Below are positions 38,201 through 49,837 of a stretch of DNA of 64,000 nucleotides, one piece after another. This DNA is from Sminthopsis crassicaudata (taxonomy: Eukaryota): the NCBI RefSeq assembly GCF_048593235.1, contig NC_133620.1, forward strand, positions 372,091,261 through 372,155,260, given 5' to 3'. The notes under the pieces were generated by a model that was not told the DNA's origin, searched no databases, and saw only the letters and a program-made list of their open reading frames with translations. Every line of letters starts with the position of its first letter. Position 1 is the first letter of the stretch. The translations under genes were made by a program, and so were the position numbers.

Positions 38201-41200
38201 TCAGAGAGGCTGCCATCGTGCCAGGACAAAGGGGACCCCTGGGGTTCTAAGACACCCAGGGCCTCTATCACTAAGGGAAAGAGAAGGGTCAGAGAGCATT
38301 GTGCTCATCCTCTAAGCATCAAAGTTACTAAGGGAGGTATCCTCCCTCCCGAGTTATCTCTTGCCATTGAACAGACACAATCTTTGGGCACATGGAGAAA
38401 CCATGATGCCAAACCCCTGTGCTCTAGGAAAAATGTTACTTGACACTAACCCTCCCATCCCCCAAAATGTCCTACTTTCTCCTAAGGCAGGGACAACAAG
38501 ACAGTGGGGTAAGGAGGACATGTTGGCACTCACTGTGTGCCACACCAGCCTCCACAGTGGGCTGTGCCCCTCGGGCACTACCCAGACTACCACTCTTCAC
38601 TAGCCGCCCAGTGGGAGAGGCTGGGTCCCGAAGGCTTCGCCCTGCCCAGGTGGTCTGGCGATGAAGGGGACGGGTCGGGGAGGGCCTCTCCAGGCGGGGC
38701 TCTGCAAAAGAGCTTCAGGTAGGTACAGTGTCTGAGGATGAGAGACAAAGACCCCTGCCCCCCTCCCCAACCACTGCAAGACACAGACCTAAGGTGGGGG
38801 ATCTTTGCGCCTGCTAAGCAATAAGCTTTCCAGCCCTCAAACAACCCAAAGTTCTAGCTTTCTTTGAATTCTTGCCCAGCTCCACATTCCCCGGCCTGGA
38901 CCTACCCAGTCCCTTGGCCTCCCTCCATGTCGTTGCCCCCTTACCCACCTGGCTGGGAACTTCTTGCCCCCCTCAATGCCTGTTCCTGCTGCCTCCGCTC
39001 CCGAAGAGGCTGACGGAACTGGGCGGCTCCCAGGACCACATTCCGGAGCTTGGCCCAACGGAGGCGGCCCCCTGTGGTGCCGGAGGGCCACTTGCTTTCT
39101 AGTACAGCCTGCAGGACAAAACACCTATTATGCTAAGACAGATCCTTCTCTCCTCCACCATGCCAGCCTGGGGGGAACATCCCCATTGGTTGCCAGAGCT
39201 GACATAACTAATCCTATCTCTTCCCTACCCTGTGTCTATGGGTAACCCAGAAATTTTCCATCTAGGAAATTGTTGCCCAAAGTGGGACATAGTTATGAAT
39301 GGGGTCAAGAAGAAATCGCTGGCAGGCTCCCCCTGAGGGGACACCAGCCTGGAGGGGAGGGGAGGGGAAGAAGCTACGTCCTCAGGAAGAATGCCTTGGA
39401 AGAGGAACATGATGCTTGAGGGCAGAAGAGCTGCTTGGACTTCCCTAGTCTGTCTGAGTCTCCCCCGAGGCCCATCCCCCCAGCCCGCCATCTCCATTCC
39501 CAGCAGTAGGCACCTTGTTGTAGTAACCATAGGTGATAGTGTTGGGCACAATGCCTGCCCTCCTCATGTCCAGCATGACACGTACAGACAGCACAGGCTC
39601 TCCGTAGTGTGAGCAAAGCTGCATTAACACACGGTAACACACCTGGGGGCAGTTGTGCAGGACCAGGGATGAAGCAGGCCTGACTCCATAAGAATCCAGA
39701 ACTCAGGGGGCCCTGCCTCAGCCAGGCCTCGGGACTCATAACCACCCACTTCAACCTACTCGATCTCCCTTCCCCTAGTCCCCACTCCTCACCAGAATGT
39801 TCTGAGCCTTAGCCCTAGGTGCCCCTAAGCAGGGTCATCTTCCTTTTGCTCCTACACTTTTGGCATCTCTCCTTTTTCTCTCTCATGTACCTCCATTTCT
39901 TCCTATCATCACAACAGGCCCCCAATATCCTTTACCACTCTGAGGCCTCTTCATCTTCTCCCTACCACTTTCCCCTCTGCCTTGATACCTCTTCCTGGAT
40001 GCCCACCTCATCAGGCAACACCACCTTTCGGCTCTCCATTTGTCGAAGCACCTGGTAGGCAGTGTGTAGGGCCCGGACTCGAGAAGAAGATGACTGGACG
40101 TAGGCAGGTAAACACAGGAACCACAGCCCGTAACAGTGTCCCAGAAGGCACCGTGCCCAGAGTTCAGGCACTGCTGCTGACTTCTGGGCCACCCGCTGTG
40201 CCACCTTCATCTCCTGCCAGAGTGCCAGGACAGGAAAAGTGTCAAACCCAGGACGACAAGGGAGGCCTATGTCAGGCAGGTACTTGGGACCAGGGAGGAT
40301 CCTGAGGTCAGGTGGACATTTTTAATGTTCTGCTCAGAAGTGCTAGGCAGAATAAGTCCATGATGCCGGATTAGAAAAAAAAATTCCTAAAAGTTGAGGA
40401 TTTCGTGAAAGACATCACCCAAACATTTGCCAAAAAGAATAGACAGTCTTTCGATTCCCAAAGAAAAGTATAGTGCTCAAGGAAGGTGGGTATGGCCCCT
40501 CCGGCACCACTGATGCTCAAAGCGTTAAGTACAGATGAGTAATTTGATCCAGGGATCACAAAGTATAAGCCCAGTACAGGAGTCTGTCCCCCAAAGATAA
40601 CACACACTGATTACCTGTTTGGTGCGGCGGGGAGCAGGACTACTGGGTGCACTTCGAGAGGGGCCCGGTGCAGGAGAAAGTCCAGGCTGTTCCCGGGGGG
40701 ACTCAAACAGTTCGGCCCGAAGCTCAGGGAACCCATCATAACTGGAGGGGTCACAGGACCGCATTGTGAGTGGAGAATAGCTCCTGGGGACCAAAGAAGC
40801 TTGCAGAGGGATATAACAAGTAGGGATAGGGGCAAGGAGAGAAGAAAAAGATCTCACCAGTACAGAGGAGTAGAATCATTGCCCTCCGCCACTATGGGCT
40901 CCTCAGGAGGAGTAATAAAGACTGTGAGCTCACTCCCTGATGGCTCCTCCAGCTCCACCAAGGGCACTGGCTCTGGCTTCTCCTGTTCTGGGTGAACCTG
41001 AAGGGGAGTTAGGATGGAGGTGAGCACAAGGCTTGTAGAGAGAGGGAGCAAGGGAGACACGACTGAGGCAGATGAGAGAAAAGCTACATCAGAGGAAAAC
41101 CGCAGGGACAGAAACACAGAGCCTGAGAAGTGCAGGAGCACACAGATGGGGGACAAGGACACAGAGACGAGGAGAAATCATCAAGAGGAGGCAACGAGAG

Positions 41201-44200
41201 ATACCTTGTCAACACAAGAGTCAAAGAACTCCAGGGCAGCATGTCGAGAAGAGCCAAAGGAGCATTCCTCAATAAACTGTGAGAACATCTGAGTGTGTAG
41301 CAACTGGGCATAGAATTTGTGGCTGGAGCGTTCTCGGGACTTTAGGAAGCCTGGGGAGGAAAGGAGGATGATCAGGGATGCCCACACTTCAGGGAACTAT
41401 TTTCAAAAGGCACTGACTATTGGCCCTATCCAAATAACACCTATCTGGGACCTCTCCTTGCTAAGGTATCTTTTGGCCAGCCCCACATTACCCTGTAACT
41501 GCTTCCTGTAGACCTCAGGTAATCTTCCTTCCCCTTATTCTACTTCCCCTCTTCCTCACTCTCCCATAGTATCTACCATGACCTGTGGCACAGAGCAGGC
41601 TTTAATGGCAATAAATGCTTTAATGATTAAACAACTGATATTTATGTAGCACTTGAAGATTTCCAAAGCCTTTTTACATAGGTGATTTAGTTTGAATCTC
41701 ATAATCCTGTGAAGTAAGTTGCTCAGGTTTTAGATAAAAGAGTTGAAACAGATTAAAAGAATTCCGAATCACAATTCCTGTGTGAGTGAGAGGATTCATA
41801 CTAGGTAGGGCTCTCGTGACACTAAATCCAACACTCTTTCCACAAGGGAGACCTCGGTTCAAAACCTGTTTCAAACATTTACTGAGTGCTCCTCAGTCCT
41901 CTAAGCTATGAAATGGGGACAATAATACCACTTACTTCACAGGGATGTTGTGAAATTCAAATGGGTTTAATGCAAAGCATTTTATAGAGACATGCAAACA
42001 AACTGTGAACCTATCATTTCCTTGGAGGTTCTCCTCCAAATGCACCTACCTGTATTACCCCCATTCTAGGATTAACCAGCTCTGCTCCCCTATTAACTCC
42101 TCATTGCCCCATAACTGACAGTCAAAGTTCTGCCCAAAATTGATCATCATGTTTACTATCTGACTCCTTGGATCTGTTTTGTCTCCCCAGAGATGGAGAG
42201 GGATGAGGGCCTTCCTGGGATAGCCACCACTATCCTCTGCCTGTCCCCTGCCCTAGCATCGCCCTGGGGCTGTGTTTGCAGCTCTTCCTCTTACCCTGCA
42301 GAAAGAAGAGATTTTCCACATCCCGAGCACTCTCAGAGGGCGCCTGGGTGAGTGGTCGGAGGAAGGCTCGGTAGCCCTTAAGCAGGCAGGCCATAAAGCG
42401 AAGGAAGGCACCTTGGACTTCCCGCTCCAGCCGTGCCCGTCTCCCACACACCGCCTCATAGTCAGTCAGCAGAAACTCCAGAGATGCTTCCTCTTCAGGC
42501 CTCGTGTATGCTGGGAGACAAGGAGATGAAAAAGAGCAGACATGTCTGCCTCACTTTCTATTAACTCTCCTCTCCAGTAGCAGGATAGAGAACTATTCCT
42601 TCAATGATAATTTCAACTACCATGTCCTTGAACCTTTCCTTCACATGTATATGCTTTTAGGTATTTTCTTCTAATAGCTTTTGTCCCTCCCTCTTACAAA
42701 AATGAATTTTAAGTCCATTTACTCCCTCCATGATAATTTCTAGATTCCCTAAGTCTTCCCACATTGTTTTCAAGTCTCCCATAATCCAAAAATTAAGCCA
42801 TAACCATAATCCCCAAACAATGACAGTTGTGAGTCCCCAGTAATGCTCACTCTGGTCCAGCTGCTGGTGGAGGGTGGTCAGTGTGTTCAGCAGTACTTTG
42901 TATGGCCGGCGGGGGAGGGTTCTGGGTAAGAGCAGCTTCTTTTCTTCTGTCCTGGGAGGCACATAGCAGAGAAGGGAATGAAATTCATATTCCTCCCTAC
43001 TCCTAAAATGGCCCCGACTTTGCGGCTGAAGCTAATTTTCTGGGAGAGGGCTAAAAGCCTTGCTTGTCAGAGCCCTGACCCACCCGAACTCAGCCTGGGT
43101 TAGCCCCTGCCCCCACCCCCCAAGCTACCATCCTTCTCACTGGAAGAGCGTGTTGGTGTCAAGGTCAACGCAGATGACATCGGCAGGTGGGTCATGCAGG
43201 TCGAAGTAGCTGGAGTGGATGCCCACGATGAAGGGTACGGGGGCACTCAGCACATCTGCCAGCACCAGTGGGCAGAGAGGGATGTAGGGGCACTGCCAGT
43301 GCAGTGGGAAGATCATCTGGGGCAGGGGGTAGGAGGTGAGAAGGGGTAAACTCTGGGGTCCAGGGGAAAAGAGAATGGCAAACAAGGGGAAGGGGCAAGA
43401 GGGTGAAGGAATGGGAAGAACAACAACTACCGAAACAGGGTCCCATGCTAAGAATCCAAGACCAAACCAAGAAAGAGGGAAGGCACCTAGACAAAGAGTC
43501 TGTTCTCTGGGTTAAGTCTTGGGAAGAGAAGGGGGAGAGCAGAGAGGAACCGTGGGAAGGGCCAAGGACCTAAGGGTAAGTTTTGGCCCAGAATGACTAG
43601 CCAAGGAGAGAATGATCTCCGGGCGAGCATCTTAGGAGAGCAGCGGTAGGGTAAGGGACTCACAGAGACCAGGGCCTCACAGACACTGGTGAGCAGGTCA
43701 GGTCGCAGAGAGTGAACCAGAAGCTTATGCTCAGTCAGAACGGCAAGCAGCAGAGTTACTGCCAGCTCAGGCCCCAGACTCTGTAGCAGCTGCAAAAAGC
43801 TGGCACCGCTGCAAGGCAATGCCCACACCCAAACACAGCGAGTCACCAGGGAGATCCCCTAAAATGTCTTAACCAGCTTCAAGAAAAAGCCACCACCCTA
43901 GGCCCTCAAGCAATAGCCTAATCCTTGAAGACAACAATTACATCTCTGCAGTGCCATCTACCTGTCCAGTGAATCCCAGTACCCATTCTCCACCCATCTG
44001 GGCACATACCTCAGAGGCAGGGGAGATGAAACAGGTTGACAGAGGAGCAGGTTGTCATAGGGGGACATCTGAGGGTGCGGAAGACATAGCCATTAATGGG
44101 GAGGGGAAAGTTCTGCAACTACTGAAGCCCCACTGTCCTGCCCAGGCCAGTCCCCATCTCTCACCTGTACCAGGATACGGGGTCTCTGAGGGGAGGGGAA

Positions 44201-45230
44201 TGGAACATTGTGCATGAAGTGGGAGATGTGCCTGGGAAAGGTGGAGGGGAGAAGGTAGCAGGTCAGGGAGCAGATCTCCCTAATCTGTACCCCATCCTCT
44301 AGCCCTTCCAACCATTCCCCCTTAGGTTTTCAGTTCTTTCATATTTCTCTCCCCCTTTATCTTCCCTGTCTTCTTTATTTTCCCACTTCCATCACTCACC
44401 TCCCTCATAGATTCTTCCCATGTTCAGTAATCCCTTTTGCTTCCCAAATCCCTCCCATCCTCCTCTCCCTCTGACCCCTCTCCCCAGGGGGCCAGCACTC
44501 ACGCTTCCAAGGGCAATCGGTGGGGGCCAGAGACAGAGTATCGATAAAGGAAGGTGAGGAAGGCATGGAAAGCAGAGAAGGCAGGCCATCGGGACAGCAC
44601 CGCCACAGCCCGGCGACTGCGCACAGCCCGGCCACCCAGTGCCCGGCCCCGTTCCACTGCACTCAACAGCCCCAGTGCCCTCGCCTGCCGCTCTGACAGC
44701 CGAGCCCGTGGGAATGCCTCATAGAACTGCAGGGCTGCCCCATACACCTTGGGGGAGGGCAGAGGGTCAGATGGGCTTCATTCGTCACCCTCTCCCCAGC
44801 ACCCTCCTCTTCCTCACTCCTACCCTACCTTGTCACCAGCTGCACCTGTGAGCACAAAAGTGGAGAAGACGGGCACTGGGTATTTGGTCTGGGCAGGCCA
44901 GCACTCAATAGTGGCTCCCATAGGTAGGCAGAAGACAGGCACAGACTCTGGCAGTGGGAATGCCTCGTTGTCCTGCTCCGGGTACCGACCTAGCAGTTCT
45001 GGGTACCAGGCCCAGCATTAAAAAAAAAAAAAGAAAGGAAAAAAAAAAAAAAAAAAAAAGGCACTTCTGTGGAACTCCAGAAAAGGGGCAAGGGCACATA
45101 AGCATTACAAGGTACAGTGGAGAAGGTGGAACTCAGAGACATGAAGGAGCACATGCAAGAATTAAAAGTATCTGAATCATCAGGTTTTGGGGGGAGAGAA
45201 TGGGTGCCATGAATGGTAGGAAAACTTAAA

Positions 45231-45262
<32 letters not shown>

Positions 45263-46466
45263 AAAAGAAAATGCACAGGAAGCTGGAGAAGTAGAAGGAA
45301 TACAGTGTCATCTACCGACCTGCCTCATACACCAGTGTGTTAGCCTTGGCCAGGCCCACCTTGTAGCACAGGTACACAGCTGGGCCCCACTGAATGAGAG
45401 ACAAGAGAAACACTTCAGATGGGAAGGGGATTCTTGGGATCCCACTTGCAGATGATCTATGGGTTTCTCTGGTCTCATTATTCCCCAGGGTACCTGCTCT
45501 CCTAGTGGAAGTCAGGATTCTTCCTCAGCTCCTGCCCTCACCACAAATCCTCCTCGGTCCTGGTGTCTTACAGACATGATCCACCACCCTACCCCATCTG
45601 CTGATTCTACCCTCCCCGCTCACCATGCCAGGATTGAGATTTCGAGGCAGGCGGCAGTAGGTGTGGGGGGTTCCCTCGCCTTTGCTGGGCAGGATCAAAC
45701 AGAGATCAGTGATACCCAGGGCATGCAGCCCTGCCCCTTCAGCTGCCCGTCGATAAGTGAGGTAGGTGCGGGGATGCCCAGGGCCTGGAGGAGCCAGGTT
45801 GGCAGAGTGGCTATAGGGCGTTGTCTCCAGCACCTGGAAACCTGGTTTAGGATGTTCCTTCCCCTCATATAATACCCTGGCGAGTTAAGTAGAAAGAATA
45901 TCAGTAGCTGAATCTTCAATACCCTTACTCCACCAAACTTGTTACTCTCCTTTCACCTGCTTGTTGGCAACATGAACTTGTTCCCGCTTGGCTCTGTATT
46001 CATCTTGCCTCTTCATTCAACCCTTTCATCCCCATTCCTTTCTTCCTTTGTCCGTTCCCCCTCCTTCAGACTGTTCTGTTCATGCCCCATAACTACCCTC
46101 CTTTCTTCCAAGGACCCTGGCCAGGCCAATGGCAAGGGTGCTCACTCACCCCAATTCAACAAGGGGAGGCTTGTCTCGCCCTCTGCGGTAACATATGGTA
46201 GGCTGGGAGCCACCCAGAAGTCCAGCACTGAGCTCTAGGGGGTGGCCACTAGCTGAGGTTTGAATACAAGTGTAGCCTTGGGGCACCTCTTCTCCCAGAG
46301 CCCGGGCAATGATGGCCACATCCGTGATGGGATCCGCTGGACGGGGTGGGCGCAAGGGGCCCCCCGGTTCAGGACCCCCAGTTTCCTCAGGGACTGCTCC
46401 TCCACTCCCTGCCAACCCTGCCACCACAAAGTAATCCACTAGCCGGGGGGGCCGTTCTTCTGCCAT
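35295..46466 (-). CDS. DENND4B: DENN domain-containing protein 4B (MABP/uDENN-DENN-dDENN-PPR; Rab GEF family), 1482 aa
   Basis: 27 coding exons, all GT-AG and in phase: 46466-46150, 45876-45624, 45389-45320, 44998-44829, 44747-44503, 44231-44165, 44068-44010, 43808-43664, 43316-43141, 42951-42851, 42510-42295, 41350-41205, 40997-40858, 40741-40615, 40213-40007, 39642-39514, 39108-38949, 38701-38534, 38270-37882, 37619-37497, 37288-37119, 37029-36888, 36791-36555, 36379-36268, 36168-36000, 35682-35618, 35440-35295 (4449 nt). Starts [18 protein letters not shown] and ends [12 protein letters not shown], matching mammalian DENND4B. Confidence 0.96.
45231..45262. repeat. Compound (AT)5(GT)11 microsatellite in DENND4B intron
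   Basis: Direct reading. Confidence 0.9.
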
Positions 46467-47399
46467 GGCCCCCCCTTCACTTACTGCATCTGGAAGGGAC
46501 AAAGTAAGGAAGAGTATGAGGAACGAGTGGGATGGGAAGAAGAAGGCAAAGTCGCTATGGCAACTAAATGACCCTCATCCTCCTCCCTCTACCAAACTCA
46601 CTCAAGAGAAGCACAGTAGGAGACTGACCAATCCTGAACTCGCCCACTTATGACATCATCGTGACCTCACTACTCTCCTTAAAGGGAACAGGTCCCTCAA
46701 GTAATATACAGTGACATCACCACTACCCTTGCCATACCTGATCCCCCCCCCAAAATCTGGCTATGACATCCCTGTATTGAAGTAATCTTGTACAGCTTCC
46801 CACCTGAGGTATTACAGTCACCTCCACTGATTATTTTCGCACTGTACCTGGTACTGATACAATATGGGCTAGCTGTGACATCATACTGACTTCATAGATA
46901 TGATATTAAAGAATTTACTACCCCGTGTCTTAGCTGCAATACCACGGGAGCAATAATGCTCTTCTAAGGCTCACGCCTACGAGCCCCCACCTCTTCCATG
47001 GGAGTTAGCCCCTCCCCCGCCTGAATGCTCACTAGAACCAGGGCTACAATCACAAGGGCTGCTCCATCCTTGGTAAAGACTCGCACTTACTCTCCTTGTA
47101 AGTCTAACCCACTCAGTGCCCTGTCAGACGTGCAGCAGGTCACAAGAGAACCAGGGAGGAGAGAGCGGTTCTGCTTTCCCCTGCCCCCCAGCCCATGGAA
47201 GCAGGCCCCCCAGGCTGGTCCCAGCCCGCCCCTCTCACCTGCTTCCATAGGCCAGCACAGGGGAGAGGGAATTCCTGACAGGGGTAGGGGGTCCTGGGAG
47301 CGTGGGGGATGCAGCTCAGAGAGAAGGGCGGCTCAGCCAGGCTGAGGAAGGGGGGGTGCATCAGAGGGGAAGGGAGGTGACTTCCTGAAGCGGCCAAGG

Positions 47400-49100
47400 G
47401 GAAGCTAGCGGGGCCAGACGGAAGTCAGCGTTTGGGGGTGGGGGGTGGGGAGGGAGCGCCGCAAGGGCAGTAAAAGGCTCCGGCAGTGCCGCCTCAACAT
47501 CAGCTCCGTTTGCAACCTCTCAAGATCTCAGTGTCAGTGCAGAAATGTAGGAGAGACCGGGGACCTGCTGCGGGCTCCTTGCTCGTCACCGGGCCCCCAG
47601 CCGACCTACACCCCTCCCCCACCCCGGTTAAATTTAGTTCCCCCCCAGCCCGGGAGGTGCGGCCAGGAGGCTGGCAGTGTCAGGATCCTAATTTAGCTCC
47701 TTGCTTCCCACCTGGCACAGCTGACTCCCTCCCCGGCAGGCACTGACCCTCGGGAGGCCTGGGGCTGCCTTCGGGGCCCCTTTCCCATGACCCCGTCCCC
47801 TCTCATCCCCTCATGGGCCTGAGCCATCATCTCTCTCCTCTGCCCCCGCTTTCCCATGGGCTCCCCTCCCCCCGGCCCCCACACATGCAGCCCAAATAAG
47901 AAGGGGGGGAAGAAGCGGGGCCACCAGCGGTCGGGGAAGGGCGGGGGGAGTAGGTGCCCACCACAACGTGACAGGAGCGAAAGCGGGGGGGAGGGGGGGA
48001 CTGTGCTCCCTCCCATCTCCCCACACTTTCGCTTCCCTAAGAGAGAGGAACCGGAACCAGATGTGCAGCGAAAGGGGGAGCCTGGCCACGCGCCCGCACC
48101 CTCTCTTCCCACCTACCTGCCTCGGGGCTCCCGGCGGGGCGTCCGGGCTCCCCCTCCCCCCGCCCCCTCTTCGGGGAGGGGGGGAGGACGGGGAGGACGG
48201 GGAGGACGGCGGGATGTTTACCCGGCCCCGGACATCCCGCGCCCGCGGTGACTGGAGCCGCGCTCCCCGTCCGTGGCGCGCGCTGGAGGGCTGTGCACTC
48301 TCGTCTCCGCCGCAGCGAGCCGGGGCGCCGGCCGGGAGGTAGGGGCGCCCGCCAGACGGAGCCGCAGCCTCGGGCACCCCTCCCGCCGCAGCCGCTGCGC
48401 GCCTCCGTTATCCCGCCGCGGCCCGGCTGTGCGCGTGACACCGCAGCCCAGCTTCGGCTCCTGCTCCGCGCGCCCGCACCCTCCCTCCCTCCTCTGCCTG
48501 ACCCCCCCCCAACCCCCGGCGCGCCAGCACCCCCCCACAGACGCGATGACCCCGAGGCTCCTTCCGCCCCCGGCTGGGCCGCTCTCAGCCCGCCCTCTGG
48601 CGGCCGGGAGGGCCCTCTGCAGAACGCTCTCCCCTTCCTTTCCCGGGCTGGGCGGCCCAGGCCGAGAGCTGGGGGGGTGACGACGCCCCACCCCACCCTG
48701 GGGGATTCACACACATCCTAGCTGCTCCTAATCTGCAGCCGGCAGTTCTCGGTTCCCTTTTCTGGAGAGGACAAAAGCTTTGGAAAGAGGAAGGGCCGAG
48801 GCTGCGGGAGACACATCCTTATCTCCCCGGGGCTGCCGAGGGGGAAACAGCAGCGGGAAACGAGAGGGGCCCAGTGGTCCCGGGGGCAGCAAGGTCCAGG
48901 GGAGCCTCGGGCACCTCCCGCAGACGCCCCGCCTTCCCACTACCTCTCTGTTCCCGGTCCCCCAGGGCTCCTGCTGAAGCTTCTGGGGGACAGACGTGAT
49001 GAACTGCCCAAGCCAGGGGCCGCTGGTCTGAGTGACCCCCACACCAATTCCCCCGAATGCCCAACCCCCCCCCAGAAGCCTCAGCTGAAGTCAACAAGTG
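47400..49100. promoter_or_regulatory. CpG island / DENND4B promoter region
   Basis: High GC/CpG; ETS-like GACTTCCTG and CGGAAGT motifs at about 47380-47430. Confidence 0.8.
48222..48700 (-). other. DENND4B: Probable DENND4B 5' exon 1 (start approximate)
   Basis: Donor CCGG|GTAAAC at 48222/48221 in the CpG island; exon 2 acceptor at 46489 lies 23 nt before the ATG. Confidence 0.5.
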
Positions 49101-49397
49101 GCCCAGGCGGAGGGAAGGGGACAGGCTGTGGGGAAAGTTCGGCTCTCCGCAAGCCCCAAGGCAGGGAAGGGGGGTGCCAATGAGGCCAGGGAGAGCCCCC
49201 TGAGCACAGGGAGGGGGCACATGCCCTGGCATCCCGAATCTCAGAGCAGTCCCCAGGCCCCACCCAGCTGTCAATGCCTAAGGCAAAGCAGAAGAGATTC
49301 TCTACTTAGGCTCACCGCCCATTTCAATGGTATTTTGTCCCACTCTCAACCCCCAATGCCAAACTGCAGTTATACACTAAGGCTTTGATGTGATTTT

Positions 49398-49403
49398 TTT
49401 AAT
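49398..49403 (-). terminator. Probable CRTC2 poly(A) signal (ATTAAA)
   Basis: In an AU-rich tract about 435 nt after the stop codon. Confidence 0.6.
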
Positions 49404-49837
49404 TAACATATAATATATTTAAAAAAAATAATATCCACTCTGGCTCTCTCCTGAAAGGGGGGAAGGGGAAATTGTGGGGAAGGGCCAGCACTGCAACCTG
49501 CCCCCCAACCATCTGAGCATACCCTGCTACCCAGTCCCTCTTCCACCCCCTGACATCCAACAGGCTCTGACCTCCAGACAGACGGTTCAAAGTTACAAGT
49601 GCTTCAGGCCCTCCCTAGTGCTCTTCCAAGTCTGCCCCCAATGCCAGACATCAAAGCGGGCATCTCTTCCTTTGTATACAATCCTGTGATCCCTTGGTCT
49701 CATTCATGTTGAGGAAAAGGGCCCGGGGGCAGAGAGTGGAGTCTCTACTGGCCAGGGGGGGAGGGGAAAAAGGGTAATGGGAGGAGGGAAGATGGGAGAA
49801 AAGTGGGATGCTTCCACTGTGCCCAGCCCGACATCCC

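Noticed and set aside
48181-48207. (GGGGAGGAC)3 and other G-quadruplex-like tracts in the CpG islands
   Set aside because: Common in GC-rich promoters; nothing here singles them out as functional.
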